Shown here one piece after another: positions 1 to 14,227 of a DNA stretch of 64,000 bases. Position 1 is the first letter of the stretch; each line of letters opens with the position of its first letter. The stretch lies in contig CAZZIO010000065.1 in NCBI GenBank assembly GCA_964654465.1, forward strand, positions 32,001 to 96,000, written 5' to 3'. Both the position numbers and the translations under genes were made by a program. Origin of the DNA: an uncultured Dictyoglomota bacterium (lineage in GTDB: Bacteria > Dictyoglomota > Dictyoglomia > Dictyoglomales > Dictyoglomaceae). The notes below the pieces were generated by a model that worked only from the letters and a program-made list of their open reading frames with translations, made no database searches and was not told the DNA's origin.

Positions 1-4258
<4,258 letters not shown>

Positions 4259-4265
4259 AAAATTT

Positions 4266-4631
4266 CTATGCCCCTAAAAGTAGTTCTACCTTAGAAATCA
4301 AATCCGCAAGACCAAAAGGTTTAGTCATATACTCATCTGCCCCCATACTATAACCTACTTTTTTATCTAATTCGCTGGACCTTGCTGTAAGCATAAGTAC
4401 CATGGTATTCATAGAAGGATCACCTTTTATTTGTTCGCATATACTATAACCATCAATATCAGGAAGCATTATATCAAGAATTACTAAATCGGGTTGTACT
4501 TCTCTTATTTTCTCTAATGCTTCCCTCCCTGTCCCAGCTTCGTGTATCTCATATTTTTTTAAAAAATCCAAGGTTTCTCTGATAAGGCTTCTAACATTTT
4601 CTTCATCTTCCACTATTAGAATCTTCTTCAT
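4266..4631 (-). CDS. Single-domain response regulator (receiver only)
   Basis: ILIVEDE, LDIMLP, MLTA, KPF motifs; 121 aa; directly upstream of the kinase. Confidence 0.95.
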   Translation of the reverse strand: MKKILIVEDEENVRSLIRETLDFLKKYEIHEAGTGREALEKIREVQPDLVILDIMLPDIDGYSICEQIKGDPSMNTMVLMLTARSSELDKKVGYSMGADEYMTKPFGLADLISKVELLLGA

Positions 4632-4730
4632 AATACCTCCTATAAATCTTTAATTTAATTAACTTAATTTTAATTTTACCTTATTATACCAAGTATATTA
4701 TAATAAAAAAAATATTACGAGGTGAAAGGT

Positions 4731-5015
4731 ATGAATTTAAAAGAGCAAATAGAAAACAGACTTAGAGAAATTATAGATCCCGAGGTAGGTATGGATTTAG
4801 TAACACTTAATACCATCGATAAACTGGAAGTAGACAATGATGGAAATGTGAAAGTTGTATTTAGACCCACAACTCCTTTTTGCCCTTTGGGTATTCAACT
4901 TGCTCTATCCATCAAAAAAGTCATTAAAGAAATAGAAGGTGTAAAAAATGTAGATGTAGAGGTGGTAGATTTTATATTTGCAGAACAAGCAAATGAAATT
5001 TTAAAAAATCGATAA
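4731..5015 (+). CDS. Metal-sulfur cluster assembly factor (DUF59/SufT/PaaD-like)
   Basis: DPE...TTPFCP motif; GAGGTG RBS before ATG 4731. Confidence 0.9.
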   Translation: MNLKEQIENRLREIIDPEVGMDLVTLNTIDKLEVDNDGNVKVVFRPTTPFCPLGIQLALSIKKVIKEIEGVKNVDVEVVDFIFAEQANEILKNR

Positions 5016-5022
5016 AAGTTAA

Positions 5023-6984
5023 TCATTCTTTCTTAACAACCCACTCTTCGAAGAGCTCCTCTTTAGGGAGCTCTTCGATAAATATGGAAGGCTTATTAAA
5101 TATATTCATATCCTTTAATCTTTTCATTATGTGAGTAATAACAAAAAGTTCTCTTTTGGCTCTTGTTACTGCCACATAAAAAAGTCTCCTTTCTTCTTCT
5201 AAATTATCCATACTTTTATAAGAAGGAAATTCTCCTTGTACTAAACGGAGAATAAAAACCACATCCCATTCTAAACCCTTTGCCTGATGAATAGTAGATA
5301 AAACCACATAGTCCTTTTCTTCTCCCTCTTCTTCTATTAATTTTTCTCCTGCATAGGTATATAAGGTAAGTTCGCTTAAAAAATCGCCTAAATTCTTATA
5401 TTTTTGAGAAAAATTAATAAGTTGAACAATATCCTTTTCTCTATCTTTAAAATCAGGATATTTAGTTTCCAAATAATTTCTGTACTCTTCGTTATAAAAA
5501 ACAAATAGAATATCTGAAAATCTATCTAAAGGGATATTCTTAATCTTATCCCATAAATCTCTTATCCTTCTTAAACCATCTAAAGTTCTACCACTTACTG
5601 AGATCTGAAATATCCTTTCAAAATCTCTTGTTTCTCTCAAAATAGAAGCAAATTTTTTTGCATAAGCTCTACCAATTCCTGGAAACAATTTAAAAAATCT
5701 CTGGGCAGAAAGTTCATCTTGGGGATTATATAGAATTTTTAATATGGAAAGCATATCTTTTATATGAGCTTGTTCAAAAAATCTTAAACCTCCTCTTACC
5801 TCATATGGGATACCTTGAGTAGTAAGCTCCATTTGTAAAATCATAGAATGATAGTTAGACCTAAAAAGTACTCCCATATTCTTATATTTAATACCTTCCT
5901 GATGCATATTTTTAATGATCTCTGCCACAAATTGAGCTTCTTCTTCATCATCTCTTACCCATACTAATTTGGGTTTAGATCCACTTTTTAATACGGGTCT
6001 TATAGTCTTAGGATACTGATTTACATTTCTCTTAATAATCTCATTAGCCAAAGCTATTATCTCGGGTGTACTTCTATAGTTATATTCTAAATAAAAAATC
6101 TTCGTTCCTAAAAATATATTAGGAAAATTCAATATATTATCAATAGTGGCCCCTCTAAAGGAATATATACTTTGAGCATCATCTCCAACTACCAATACAT
6201 TTTTATTTTCTTCTCTCATAAGTCTTACAATTTCTCCTTGAAGCCAATTTGTATCCTGATATTCATCTACTAAAAGCCAGATAAATTTATCATTTAAGAT
6301 TTTTTTTACCTTCTCTTTTTCCATAAGAAGCTTATACCAAAACATAAGTAGATCATCATAATCTACAAGATTTAGCTCTTTTTTCCTCTCTTCATATCTT
6401 TTAAAAACCCTCTCAATTAAATCTACCTTTTCTATAATATGAGGAGCCTTTATTTTCAAAACCTCATCCCAATTTTTCCCAGTGTTCACCTTATAACTAA
6501 ATATTTCCAAAACTAAATTTTTACCTAATTCTTCCTCCCTCCGCTCCTCTAAACATTCATCAATAAGATCTGCTGAATCCTCTCTATCCAATATGTTATA
6601 ATCTACCCTCATTCCAATTTCCTTTCCAAATATTCTTAAAATTCTATTTCCCACATGATGAAATGTACCTCCCCATATATCTTCAGCCTTTTCTCCTATT
6701 AAAGCAGAAGCCCTGTTTATCATGTTTTTAGCGGCATGGTTGGTGAAAGTTAAAAGCATAATATTCTTAGGAGAATAACCTAAAGCAATAAGATATCCTA
6801 CTCTATAGATAACTGTACGAGTCTTTCCTGATCCAGGTCCAGCAATAACCAAGGAAGGACCATCTGCTTCTAAAACTACTTTTTTCTGTTCATCATTTAG
6901 GTCCTTCTCTATACGTTTAAGAAATTCTTGCTTCTTTTTAGAAGGGAGAATATAAATTTTCTTATCACTAAATTGGTTATCCAT
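5023..6984 (-). CDS. pcrA: ATP-dependent SF1 DNA helicase, UvrD/PcrA family
   Basis: AGPGSGKT, VDEYQDTN, GDDAQSIYSFRGA, NYRST, STIHQAKGLEW, EERRLFYVAVTRA. Confidence 0.9.
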   Translation of the reverse strand: MDNQFSDKKIYILPSKKKQEFLKRIEKDLNDEQKKVVLEADGPSLVIAGPGSGKTRTVIYRVGYLIALGYSPKNIMLLTFTNHAAKNMINRASALIGEKAEDIWGGTFHHVGNRILRIFGKEIGMRVDYNILDREDSADLIDECLEERREEELGKNLVLEIFSYKVNTGKNWDEVLKIKAPHIIEKVDLIERVFKRYEERKKELNLVDYDDLLMFWYKLLMEKEKVKKILNDKFIWLLVDEYQDTNWLQGEIVRLMREENKNVLVVGDDAQSIYSFRGATIDNILNFPNIFLGTKIFYLEYNYRSTPEIIALANEIIKRNVNQYPKTIRPVLKSGSKPKLVWVRDDEEEAQFVAEIIKNMHQEGIKYKNMGVLFRSNYHSMILQMELTTQGIPYEVRGGLRFFEQAHIKDMLSILKILYNPQDELSAQRFFKLFPGIGRAYAKKFASILRETRDFERIFQISVSGRTLDGLRRIRDLWDKIKNIPLDRFSDILFVFYNEEYRNYLETKYPDFKDREKDIVQLINFSQKYKNLGDFLSELTLYTYAGEKLIEEEGEEKDYVVLSTIHQAKGLEWDVVFILRLVQGEFPSYKSMDNLEEERRLFYVAVTRAKRELFVITHIMKRLKDMNIFNKPSIFIEELPKEELFEEWVVKKE

Positions 6985-7038
6985 AAGAATTATTATATAA
7001 TAAGAGAAAATAAAATCCTTTAAGGAGGAAATAATAAA

Positions 7039-7614
7039 ATGAAAAAAATTATAACTTTGATTCTTATTGTAATTTTAATCATAAATTTAAGCTTTGCCCA
7101 AAATACTCAAACCCCCACTCAAAAAAATATTGTGAAAAAACCAGTTACTATATTTACCCTTCATGTATTAACATTTAACAATCTTGTAAAATCCAATTTA
7201 GAAAAAGATTTAAAAGGGCTTGATGATTCTTTTAAAATGAGTATTCCCATATATCATCCTGCGATTGGTTTAAACCTATCTTTTTATACAAAACTTTCCC
7301 AAAAAGGTAATCCTTATCCTTCCATGATAAATAGAATTCTTAAAAATTTGGTCTTTGCTTTAAATAGTTCAGAGCTTCCTGATAAAACAAATATCAACAT
7401 AATCCTATATACAGAAGATGAGAAAAATATATATGATTCTAAAACCCTTTTTATCACATTTACTCTATCTTCTCTAAAAGAGTTTGCAAAAGCCAAGGAT
7501 ATAAATAAGTTTGGTAGCCAAATGTTAGTCTTTTTAGAAACCGAGAAACTTGAATATAAAAATGGAGTATTTTCATCTAAAAATTACGATTTTGAATGGA
7601 TATTAAAAATATAA
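7039..7614 (+). CDS. Hypothetical exported protein
   Basis: Signal-peptide-like N-terminus MKKIITLILIVILIINLSFA; AGGAGG RBS. Confidence 0.75.
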   Translation: MKKIITLILIVILIINLSFAQNTQTPTQKNIVKKPVTIFTLHVLTFNNLVKSNLEKDLKGLDDSFKMSIPIYHPAIGLNLSFYTKLSQKGNPYPSMINRILKNLVFALNSSELPDKTNINIILYTEDEKNIYDSKTLFITFTLSSLKEFAKAKDINKFGSQMLVFLETEKLEYKNGVFSSKNYDFEWILKI

Positions 7615-7615
7615 G

Positions 7616-8191
7616 ATGAGGAGTGATATTGTGTATAAAGAAATAAGAAATACCTTTACCTATCTATTACATCCCCTGCCTGCTCTTCTTATCACAAGTA
7701 TTAGCAAAAATCAAAAGCCTAATGTTATGACTATTTCTTGGATCATACCAGTAAGTATAAACCCACCTCTTATTGCTGTAAGTCTTAGACCAGAGAGATA
7801 TACCTATGCCCTTATTAAAGAAACAAAAAACTTTGCAATAAACATTCCTGATTATTCTTTAAGAAAATCAGTTTTTATATGTGGAAGATTTAGTGGTAGA
7901 AATACAGATAAATTTAAAAAGGCTAACCTTACTCCCATACCTGCCCATAAAATAACTGCTCCCCTAATCAAGGAATGTACCGCACATATAGAATGTTCTT
8001 TAGAAGATATTGTAGAACTTAAGGCTGATCATCACATAGTAATAGGTAAAGTAATTTACTCTGAAGCCTTAGAAGAATATTTTGAAACCATTTATGATCC
8101 TTCAAAGTACAAAGCCCTTCTCTATTTTGGAAAAGATGTTTATACTACAACAGGTGAATATGAAACCATCAAATTATCAGAAGAAAATTAA
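7616..8191 (+). CDS. Flavin reductase family protein
   Basis: NVMTISW...PP...SLRPERYT, CGRFSGRNTDKF, IEC...DH motifs. Confidence 0.9.
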   Translation: MRSDIVYKEIRNTFTYLLHPLPALLITSISKNQKPNVMTISWIIPVSINPPLIAVSLRPERYTYALIKETKNFAINIPDYSLRKSVFICGRFSGRNTDKFKKANLTPIPAHKITAPLIKECTAHIECSLEDIVELKADHHIVIGKVIYSEALEEYFETIYDPSKYKALLYFGKDVYTTTGEYETIKLSEEN

Positions 8192-8840
8192 ACATCATTT
8201 TATATTAGTTTTATTATTTATTTTACTAAGCATATCCTTATCCTTAGGTATATCTATTGAAGAAGTAATAAGAAAAACCCAAGAAGCTAATAATAAAGTA
8301 TCCACTCTTTATAGTATTCTTGAAGTTTATAATAGACTAGGGAATAACGAAGAATATATTACATATAAATTTTATTACCAGAAACCAGATAAAATAAGGT
8401 TGGAAGTACTAGAGGGAAAAGATAAGAGTACAATAATGGTATATCAAACAGGTAAAGTAAGATATAAAAAGGGCGGATTATTAAGCTTTATTCCCTTATC
8501 TTTAAACGTAGATGATCCCTTGGTAGTATCCATTAGAAAAGGGCAAATACCTGACCTCACTTTTGATTATATTATAGACTTATTAACTACCAATAACCCA
8601 ACTGGAATAAAGGAAACTGTTTTTTTAAACTATAATTGTTACATAATAGAAATAGGAAGTAGTAGAGATAAATTATATAATTATTCTTTCCAAAGGATAT
8701 ATATAGAAAAAAATTTATTTTTACCTGTTTCCTTAGAACAATATGAAGATATTAAGGGAGAAAGAACATTAGTACATAGGAGAGTATATAAAAACCTTCA
8801 GATAAACATAAAAATTGATCCACAAACCTTTGAAATATAA
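8160..8840 (+). CDS. LolA-like / outer-membrane lipoprotein-sorting protein
   Basis: Signal peptide then YQKPDKIRLE and IYIEKNLFLPVSLEQY; AGGTG RBS before ATG 8160 (track start 8082). Confidence 0.7.
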   Translation: MKPSNYQKKIKHHFILVLLFILLSISLSLGISIEEVIRKTQEANNKVSTLYSILEVYNRLGNNEEYITYKFYYQKPDKIRLEVLEGKDKSTIMVYQTGKVRYKKGGLLSFIPLSLNVDDPLVVSIRKGQIPDLTFDYIIDLLTTNNPTGIKETVFLNYNCYIIEIGSSRDKLYNYSFQRIYIEKNLFLPVSLEQYEDIKGERTLVHRRVYKNLQINIKIDPQTFEI

Positions 8841-8842
8841 AT

Positions 8843-9931
8843 ATGGGAATAAAAATAACTCTTGAAAATATATATAAAACTTATAAAGAGGAAGGCTTAT
8901 TAAAAGAGAAAAAATTTACAAATGCCTTAGAGAATATTAATTTAGAAATTCCTGAAGGGAAAACCTTAGCTGTAGTAGGACCATCTGGATGTGGTAAAAC
9001 TACTTTATTAAAAGTAATAGCAGGTTTAGAAAACCCAGATAGTGGAGATATTTATTTTAATCAACAAAAAGTCAATGATCTCTCACCCGCTGAAAGAAAA
9101 ATTGGAATGGTTTTCCAAAACTATGCCCTTTATCCTCACTACGAAGCAAGAGGTAATTTAGCATTTCCATTTTGGATTAAAAAAACCCCCGAAAAAGTAA
9201 TTGATGAAAAAATTAAAGAAACAGCAGATATATTAGGAGTTGATTTTCAATACTTACTAAATAAAAAACCAAAACAACTTTCAGGAGGAGAAAAACAAAG
9301 AGTAGCAATAGGAAGATGTATAATTAGAAATCCTTCAGTTATGTTATTTGACGAACCCTTATCTAATTTAGATGCAAGATTAAGGGCTATAACAAGAGTA
9401 CAAATAAAAAAGCTCCTTTTAAGATTTCAAGTTACATCAGTATATGTCACCCACGATCAAATAGAAGCAACAAGTATGGGAGATATAATAGCAGTAATGA
9501 ATGAAGGGAAAATATTACAGGTTGGTACTTATGATAAATTAATAGAAGATCCTAAAAATTCTTTTGTGGCTTCTTTTGTAGGGAAACCTCCAATGAATCT
9601 TATAGAAGCAAAGATTATAAATTCTCACATTATCATAGGTTCAAAAAATATTCCTATCAGATATACTATAAGAGACGGAGAATACCTTATAGGTTTTCAT
9701 GCAAGGGATATAAAAATTACTTCCGAAGGAATTTTTAGAGGAGAAATCTTTTTTATTGATGGAACTCCCTCAGATAATTTAAGAATCCTAAATGTTGAAA
9801 CCGAAGAAAAGAAGATCATAAAAATAGAAATAAAGGAAAGTACAAGATTTCATGTAGGAGAAACTATATCATTTTCCCTTCCAAATAGAATTTATGTGTT
9901 TGATAAGATTTCAGGGAAAAGAGTTATCTAA
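8843..9931 (+). CDS. Carbohydrate ABC transporter ATP-binding subunit (MalK/MsmX family)
   Basis: GPSGCGKT, VFQNYALYPH, LSGGEKQRVA, DEPLSNLDA, YVTHDQIEA, C-terminal TOBE-like region. Confidence 0.92.
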   Translation: MGIKITLENIYKTYKEEGLLKEKKFTNALENINLEIPEGKTLAVVGPSGCGKTTLLKVIAGLENPDSGDIYFNQQKVNDLSPAERKIGMVFQNYALYPHYEARGNLAFPFWIKKTPEKVIDEKIKETADILGVDFQYLLNKKPKQLSGGEKQRVAIGRCIIRNPSVMLFDEPLSNLDARLRAITRVQIKKLLLRFQVTSVYVTHDQIEATSMGDIIAVMNEGKILQVGTYDKLIEDPKNSFVASFVGKPPMNLIEAKIINSHIIIGSKNIPIRYTIRDGEYLIGFHARDIKITSEGIFRGEIFFIDGTPSDNLRILNVETEEKKIIKIEIKESTRFHVGETISFSLPNRIYVFDKISGKRVI

Positions 9932-9953
9932 AATAAAAGGAGGATAATCCAAC

Positions 9954-10907
9954 ATGTGGAAAAAAGTAACTTTAAGCATTTTCTTAATAATACTTTTTCT
10001 CTCCCCAGCTCTTTCTTGGTCTGCCCATAGAGAAATGACAGAAATCATACTGAAAGATTTAGATTGGCTAAAAAAATATAGGGACATAACCGTAACAGCT
10101 TATACCTATCATGATACATCCCCATACAATCCATCATATATTATTCCCTATCGTGGAGAAAAAATAGGTGATAAGATAGATGCCATAACAATAATCACAA
10201 GATATGTAACTGAACCAGATATGGGAATGGATGAAAACATAAATCTTAACTCTATGCAAAAACTTACGGGAGGAAGCTCAGGTTGGAGACATCAATATTA
10301 TATACTTTTTGGTGGAACCCTTAAATTAGGCGAAGCCCCCAAAAGAATAATCCATTTTTGGAACTTAGCCAAAGAGGCCTTCCAAAAGAATGATTATTAT
10401 TGGGGTTTCCGTTTCTTTGCTTATAGCCTCCACTACCTTCAGGACCTTACACAGCCTTTTCACGCCTATCCCATGCCTCTGGGAAATGCTATTGTTAATA
10501 TTTTTAATCTTGAAAAACTCATTGCCCAGGGAGAAAATCATCATTATACTTTAGAAGATTACCAAGAATGGCAAATAATAAATAAAAATCCTATATATAT
10601 TCAAACCATTAAAAAGGCACAACCTCACAAGGTAGATAATCCTGAAGAAGCAGGAATTAAAGCAGCATGGGAAGCAAGAAAAGATGCAGGAAAATTATGG
10701 GAGATTCAATCTAAATATTTTCCTAGAATAAATGACAATAAAAATTATAAAGCCCCAAAAGAATTATTTAGTAAACCTTCTCAATTAAGAGAAGAGTATG
10801 ATAAAATTATCCTTCATAATTTAGAAAATTTTGCAGGATGGACAAAAGGTTATTTGGAGTTCTTAAAAATTACTCTTGACAAATTAAACGAGGTATCAGG
10901 CAAATGA
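9954..10907 (+). CDS. Secreted zinc-dependent phospholipase C / S1-P1 nuclease-fold protein
   Basis: Signal peptide ending ALS then W-S-A-H; EPD; RH; HYLQDLTQPFH; HHYTLE Zn-ligand pattern. Confidence 0.8.
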   Translation: MWKKVTLSIFLIILFLSPALSWSAHREMTEIILKDLDWLKKYRDITVTAYTYHDTSPYNPSYIIPYRGEKIGDKIDAITIITRYVTEPDMGMDENINLNSMQKLTGGSSGWRHQYYILFGGTLKLGEAPKRIIHFWNLAKEAFQKNDYYWGFRFFAYSLHYLQDLTQPFHAYPMPLGNAIVNIFNLEKLIAQGENHHYTLEDYQEWQIINKNPIYIQTIKKAQPHKVDNPEEAGIKAAWEARKDAGKLWEIQSKYFPRINDNKNYKAPKELFSKPSQLREEYDKIILHNLENFAGWTKGYLEFLKITLDKLNEVSGK

Positions 10908-11998
10908 GAAAAGTATATATAACTATATTACTATTAGGAATCGCTATAGCTCTTTTTGCATATTTTCAAATAACTAATAGACCTGTAGATGTAGAAGTAT
11001 TAAGGCTCTCAAGAAGAGATTTACCCTTATCTATAAGCGTAAGTGGTATTTTAGTTTTTTCAAGAAAAATAGACATATATCCTAAAATATCCGGAGTAGT
11101 AAAAGAAGTTAGAGTAAAACCAGGAAACAAAGTTAAGAAAGGAGATATACTAGCTACAATAGATGCTCAAGAATTAAAAAAACAGATGGACCAAATAAAA
11201 AATATGATCGATCTTTTGAAAATAAACAACGCATTAAGAGGCATAGGATTTCAACAAAGTAATACTCCTTATTTCTCACAAGATCAATTAAAGACCTTAG
11301 AAAACTATTATGATTCTTTAAAAAACCTTTATGAAGAACGAATAGTAAAAGCCCCAATATCTGGTATTATCGCCAAAGTAAATATTACTCCTGGAGAAAC
11401 CATAAAATCTCAAGAACAAGTCCCTGCTACAAATTTCTTAGGAAATCTCTCCAGTCTATTATCCTTATTCAACCTTAATATTTCAAATAGTAACTCCATA
11501 ATTACTATAATTGATCCTACTTCTTTGGTTGGTTTACTAAAAGTAGATGAAAACAATATTTTAAAAATAAAAGAAGGTCAAGATGTAGAAATATATGTAG
11601 ACGCTTTGGAAGAAAACCCATGGAGAGGAAAAATAACATCCATAAACATGATTCCTTCGTTAAATAAAGATGGTTCTTACTCTTATGATGTTTCTGTGAA
11701 TATTCCCCAACTTGGAAATAAAGTAGTAGAAGGTATGAGTATTTCTGCTACCATAAATATAGGAGTAAAGAAAAATGTTATTGTTATACCTTTAAGTACT
11801 ATCTCCTTTAAAGAAGGCAAAACCTATGTCTACACTGTAGAAAATGGAAGAGCAAAAAGAAAAGAAGTTGTAATAGGAGATATGAATACTGATTATGTGG
11901 AAATAAAAGGAGGACTAAAAGAAGGAGATTTAGTAATCTTATCTCCTCTTGATAAAATCTCTGATAACTCCAAAATAAAAATATATAAAGAAAACTAA
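10904..11998 (+). CDS. Efflux periplasmic adaptor (MacA/HlyD family)
   Basis: N-terminal TM; ISGVVKEVRVKPGNKVKKGD; APISG lipoyl halves; GLKEGD. Confidence 0.9.
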   Translation: MRKVYITILLLGIAIALFAYFQITNRPVDVEVLRLSRRDLPLSISVSGILVFSRKIDIYPKISGVVKEVRVKPGNKVKKGDILATIDAQELKKQMDQIKNMIDLLKINNALRGIGFQQSNTPYFSQDQLKTLENYYDSLKNLYEERIVKAPISGIIAKVNITPGETIKSQEQVPATNFLGNLSSLLSLFNLNISNSNSIITIIDPTSLVGLLKVDENNILKIKEGQDVEIYVDALEENPWRGKITSINMIPSLNKDGSYSYDVSVNIPQLGNKVVEGMSISATINIGVKKNVIVIPLSTISFKEGKTYVYTVENGRAKRKEVVIGDMNTDYVEIKGGLKEGDLVILSPLDKISDNSKIKIYKEN

Positions 11999-11999
11999 A

Positions 12000-13235
12000 A
12001 TGAACACAAAATTTTATGAAAACCTAAAGATAGCTATTTTTACTCTTAAAAGTAATAAGTTAAGATCTTTTTTAACCATCTTAGGGATTATTATTGGTGT
12101 ATTTTCTGTAGTTCTCCTTATTTCTATAGGAGAAGGTGCTAAAAACCAGACTCTTCAAATAATTGAAAATTTAGGTGGAAATACCCTATTAATCTTTCCT
12201 ACATCGGTAGAAACAGAAGGAACATTTAATTCCATCAGAAATCAGAATTTTAGAAATCAAAGAGGAGTTATTCCTCAGCTCTTTAAGTATAATGACTTAC
12301 TATCTCTAAGAAGAGTATTTAAAGATGAAATTATATTCTCATCTATGGTGACCTCTTACTTAGAAGTGAAATACAAAATTTTTCCTATTAATGCTACTAT
12401 TTATGGTACTGATAGCAATGGATTAATCATCAATAAAGATGGAATTACCTATGGAAGATTCTTTTCAGAGTATGAAATATCTTCAAAGGAGAAAGTATGT
12501 ATCATAGGACCTAAGATTGCCCAAAATATTGCATCTCAACTTCAAGAATCACTGAACAAAATAATTAAAATAGGTAGTTATAATTTTAGAGTTATAGGGG
12601 TTCTCAAAGAAAGGGGATACAGTCAAAATTTAGGTGATTTAGATTCCAGAATCATAATACCTATTACTACCGCCTTTATCTTAAAAGGAGATCAAAATCT
12701 TAATATTATTATTGCTCAAGTAAAAGATTCAAAAAATATTGATATTTATAAACAAAAGCTCATATTTATACTAAAGCAAATCAGAGGAAAATTAAATTTC
12801 ATTGTTGCAAAACAAGAAGATCTTTTATCTGCTATGAATGAAATATTAAATATATTGACTTTAACATTAGCAGGAATAGCAAGTATATCACTTATTGTAG
12901 GAGGTATTGGAATAATGAATATAATGCTGGTCTCTGTTACAGAAAGGTATAAAGAGATTGGTATAAGAAAAGCCATAGGAGCCAGAAGAAAAGATATTTT
13001 AATTCAATTTCTTACTGAATCATCTTTTTTAGGAATAATAGGTGGATTTTTAGGAATCATTTTATCCATAATCACTGGAGAAATATTGAAAAATTTCGAA
13101 ATACCATATTCTTTTAATATAACCACAGTACTACTTGGTTTCTTTTTCTCTCTTTTTATAGGACTTATATTTGGAGTGTTACCTGCTATGCGTGCTGCCA
13201 ATTTGGATCCAATACAAGCATTACGCTCAGAGTAA
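12000..13235 (+). CDS. MacB/FtsX-family ABC transporter permease
   Basis: RSFLTILGIIIGV; VGGIGIMNIMLVSVTERYKEIGIRKAIGA; PAMRAANLDPIQALR. Confidence 0.93.
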   Translation: MNTKFYENLKIAIFTLKSNKLRSFLTILGIIIGVFSVVLLISIGEGAKNQTLQIIENLGGNTLLIFPTSVETEGTFNSIRNQNFRNQRGVIPQLFKYNDLLSLRRVFKDEIIFSSMVTSYLEVKYKIFPINATIYGTDSNGLIINKDGITYGRFFSEYEISSKEKVCIIGPKIAQNIASQLQESLNKIIKIGSYNFRVIGVLKERGYSQNLGDLDSRIIIPITTAFILKGDQNLNIIIAQVKDSKNIDIYKQKLIFILKQIRGKLNFIVAKQEDLLSAMNEILNILTLTLAGIASISLIVGGIGIMNIMLVSVTERYKEIGIRKAIGARRKDILIQFLTESSFLGIIGGFLGIILSIITGEILKNFEIPYSFNITTVLLGFFFSLFIGLIFGVLPAMRAANLDPIQALRSE

Positions 13236-13276
13236 ACTTTTTACCATAGTAAAAATCCTTTATTCAAAATGTTGAT

Positions 13277-13299
13277 TTTTATAATTGAAAATTATAAAA
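13277..13299. promoter_or_regulatory. Perfect 10-bp inverted repeat TTTTATAATT-GAA-AATTATAAAA, candidate operator upstream of the DUF2089 gene
   Basis: Dyad read directly from the sequence; AT-rich, so a chance occurrence is possible. Confidence 0.4.
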
Positions 13300-13329
13300 T
13301 TTATTTGTAAATTTTTAAAGGAGGAAAGG

Positions 13330-13701
13330 ATGTCTCACAATTTACCAAAATGTCCTATATGTGGTAAAGAAATGATTATCAGGAAACTTGAATGTCCTGA
13401 TTGTAAGATAACTATTGAGGGAGAATTTTGGGTTAGCAGATTAGCAAGTCTAAGCAAAGAAGAAATGGAATTCTTAGAGCTCTTTCTAAAAACAAGAGGA
13501 AATGTAAGAGAAATGGAAAGAATTCTTAAAATTTCTTACCCTACGGTGAGAAGTAAATTGGATAATATTTTAAAAAATTTAGGACTTTTATCTGAGGAAG
13601 AGCCAAAAGATAAAATAAGATGGATCATTGATAAATTAGAAAAAGGAGAAATTACAGTTCAAGAGGCTTTAAAGGCTTTAGAGGAGGATAAAGATGTTTA
13701 A
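13330..13701 (+). CDS. DUF2089 family protein (Zn ribbon + HTH)
   Basis: CPICG...CPDC; GNVREMERILKISYPTVRSKLD; AGGAGG RBS before ATG 13330. Confidence 0.88.
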   Translation: MSHNLPKCPICGKEMIIRKLECPDCKITIEGEFWVSRLASLSKEEMEFLELFLKTRGNVREMERILKISYPTVRSKLDNILKNLGLLSEEEPKDKIRWIIDKLEKGEITVQEALKALEEDKDV

Positions 13702-14224
13702 TAAATATTTTTTGGGGATAGCTTTTCTAATTATTGGTATCTCTCTTATTGCCCAAAATTTTCAAATACCTTTGCTTAAGGATCTATGGAAATTTTGGCC
13801 TCTTATTTTCATATACTTTGGAATAAAGATTATCTACAATTCTAAAAGATATGATCATAAAAGGAGGATAAAAATGAGAGAAGAAAGATATAAAATTTTG
13901 AAATTAGTTCAAGAAGGCAGAATTACAGCAGAAGAAGCAGAAGAACTCTTAAAAAAATTAGAAGAGAATCAAAATAGAGGCAAAAGGTTACTTCTATTAA
14001 AGGTAATAGAAAATGGAAATAATATAGTAAACATAAGTATCCCACTATCCTTAGCAAAATGGGGCCTAAAATTTGCTAATTCATATGCAGAAAAATACGG
14101 AGAAAAAATAGATTTCTCTCCAGAAGAATGGGAAGAACTAATAAGCAATCCAGATTTAAAAGGGAAAATTGTGGATATAAATGTACCAGAAAAAAACACA
14201 CAAGTAACTGTGGAAATAGTTTAG
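13694..14224 (+). CDS. LiaF/DUF5668-like TM hairpin fused to a SHOCT-like domain protein
   Basis: Two TM segments with LWKFWPLIFI; MREERYKILKLVQEGRITAEEAEELL. Confidence 0.7.
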   Translation: MFNKYFLGIAFLIIGISLIAQNFQIPLLKDLWKFWPLIFIYFGIKIIYNSKRYDHKRRIKMREERYKILKLVQEGRITAEEAEELLKKLEENQNRGKRLLLLKVIENGNNIVNISIPLSLAKWGLKFANSYAEKYGEKIDFSPEEWEELISNPDLKGKIVDINVPEKNTQVTVEIV

Positions 14225-14227
14225 ATA

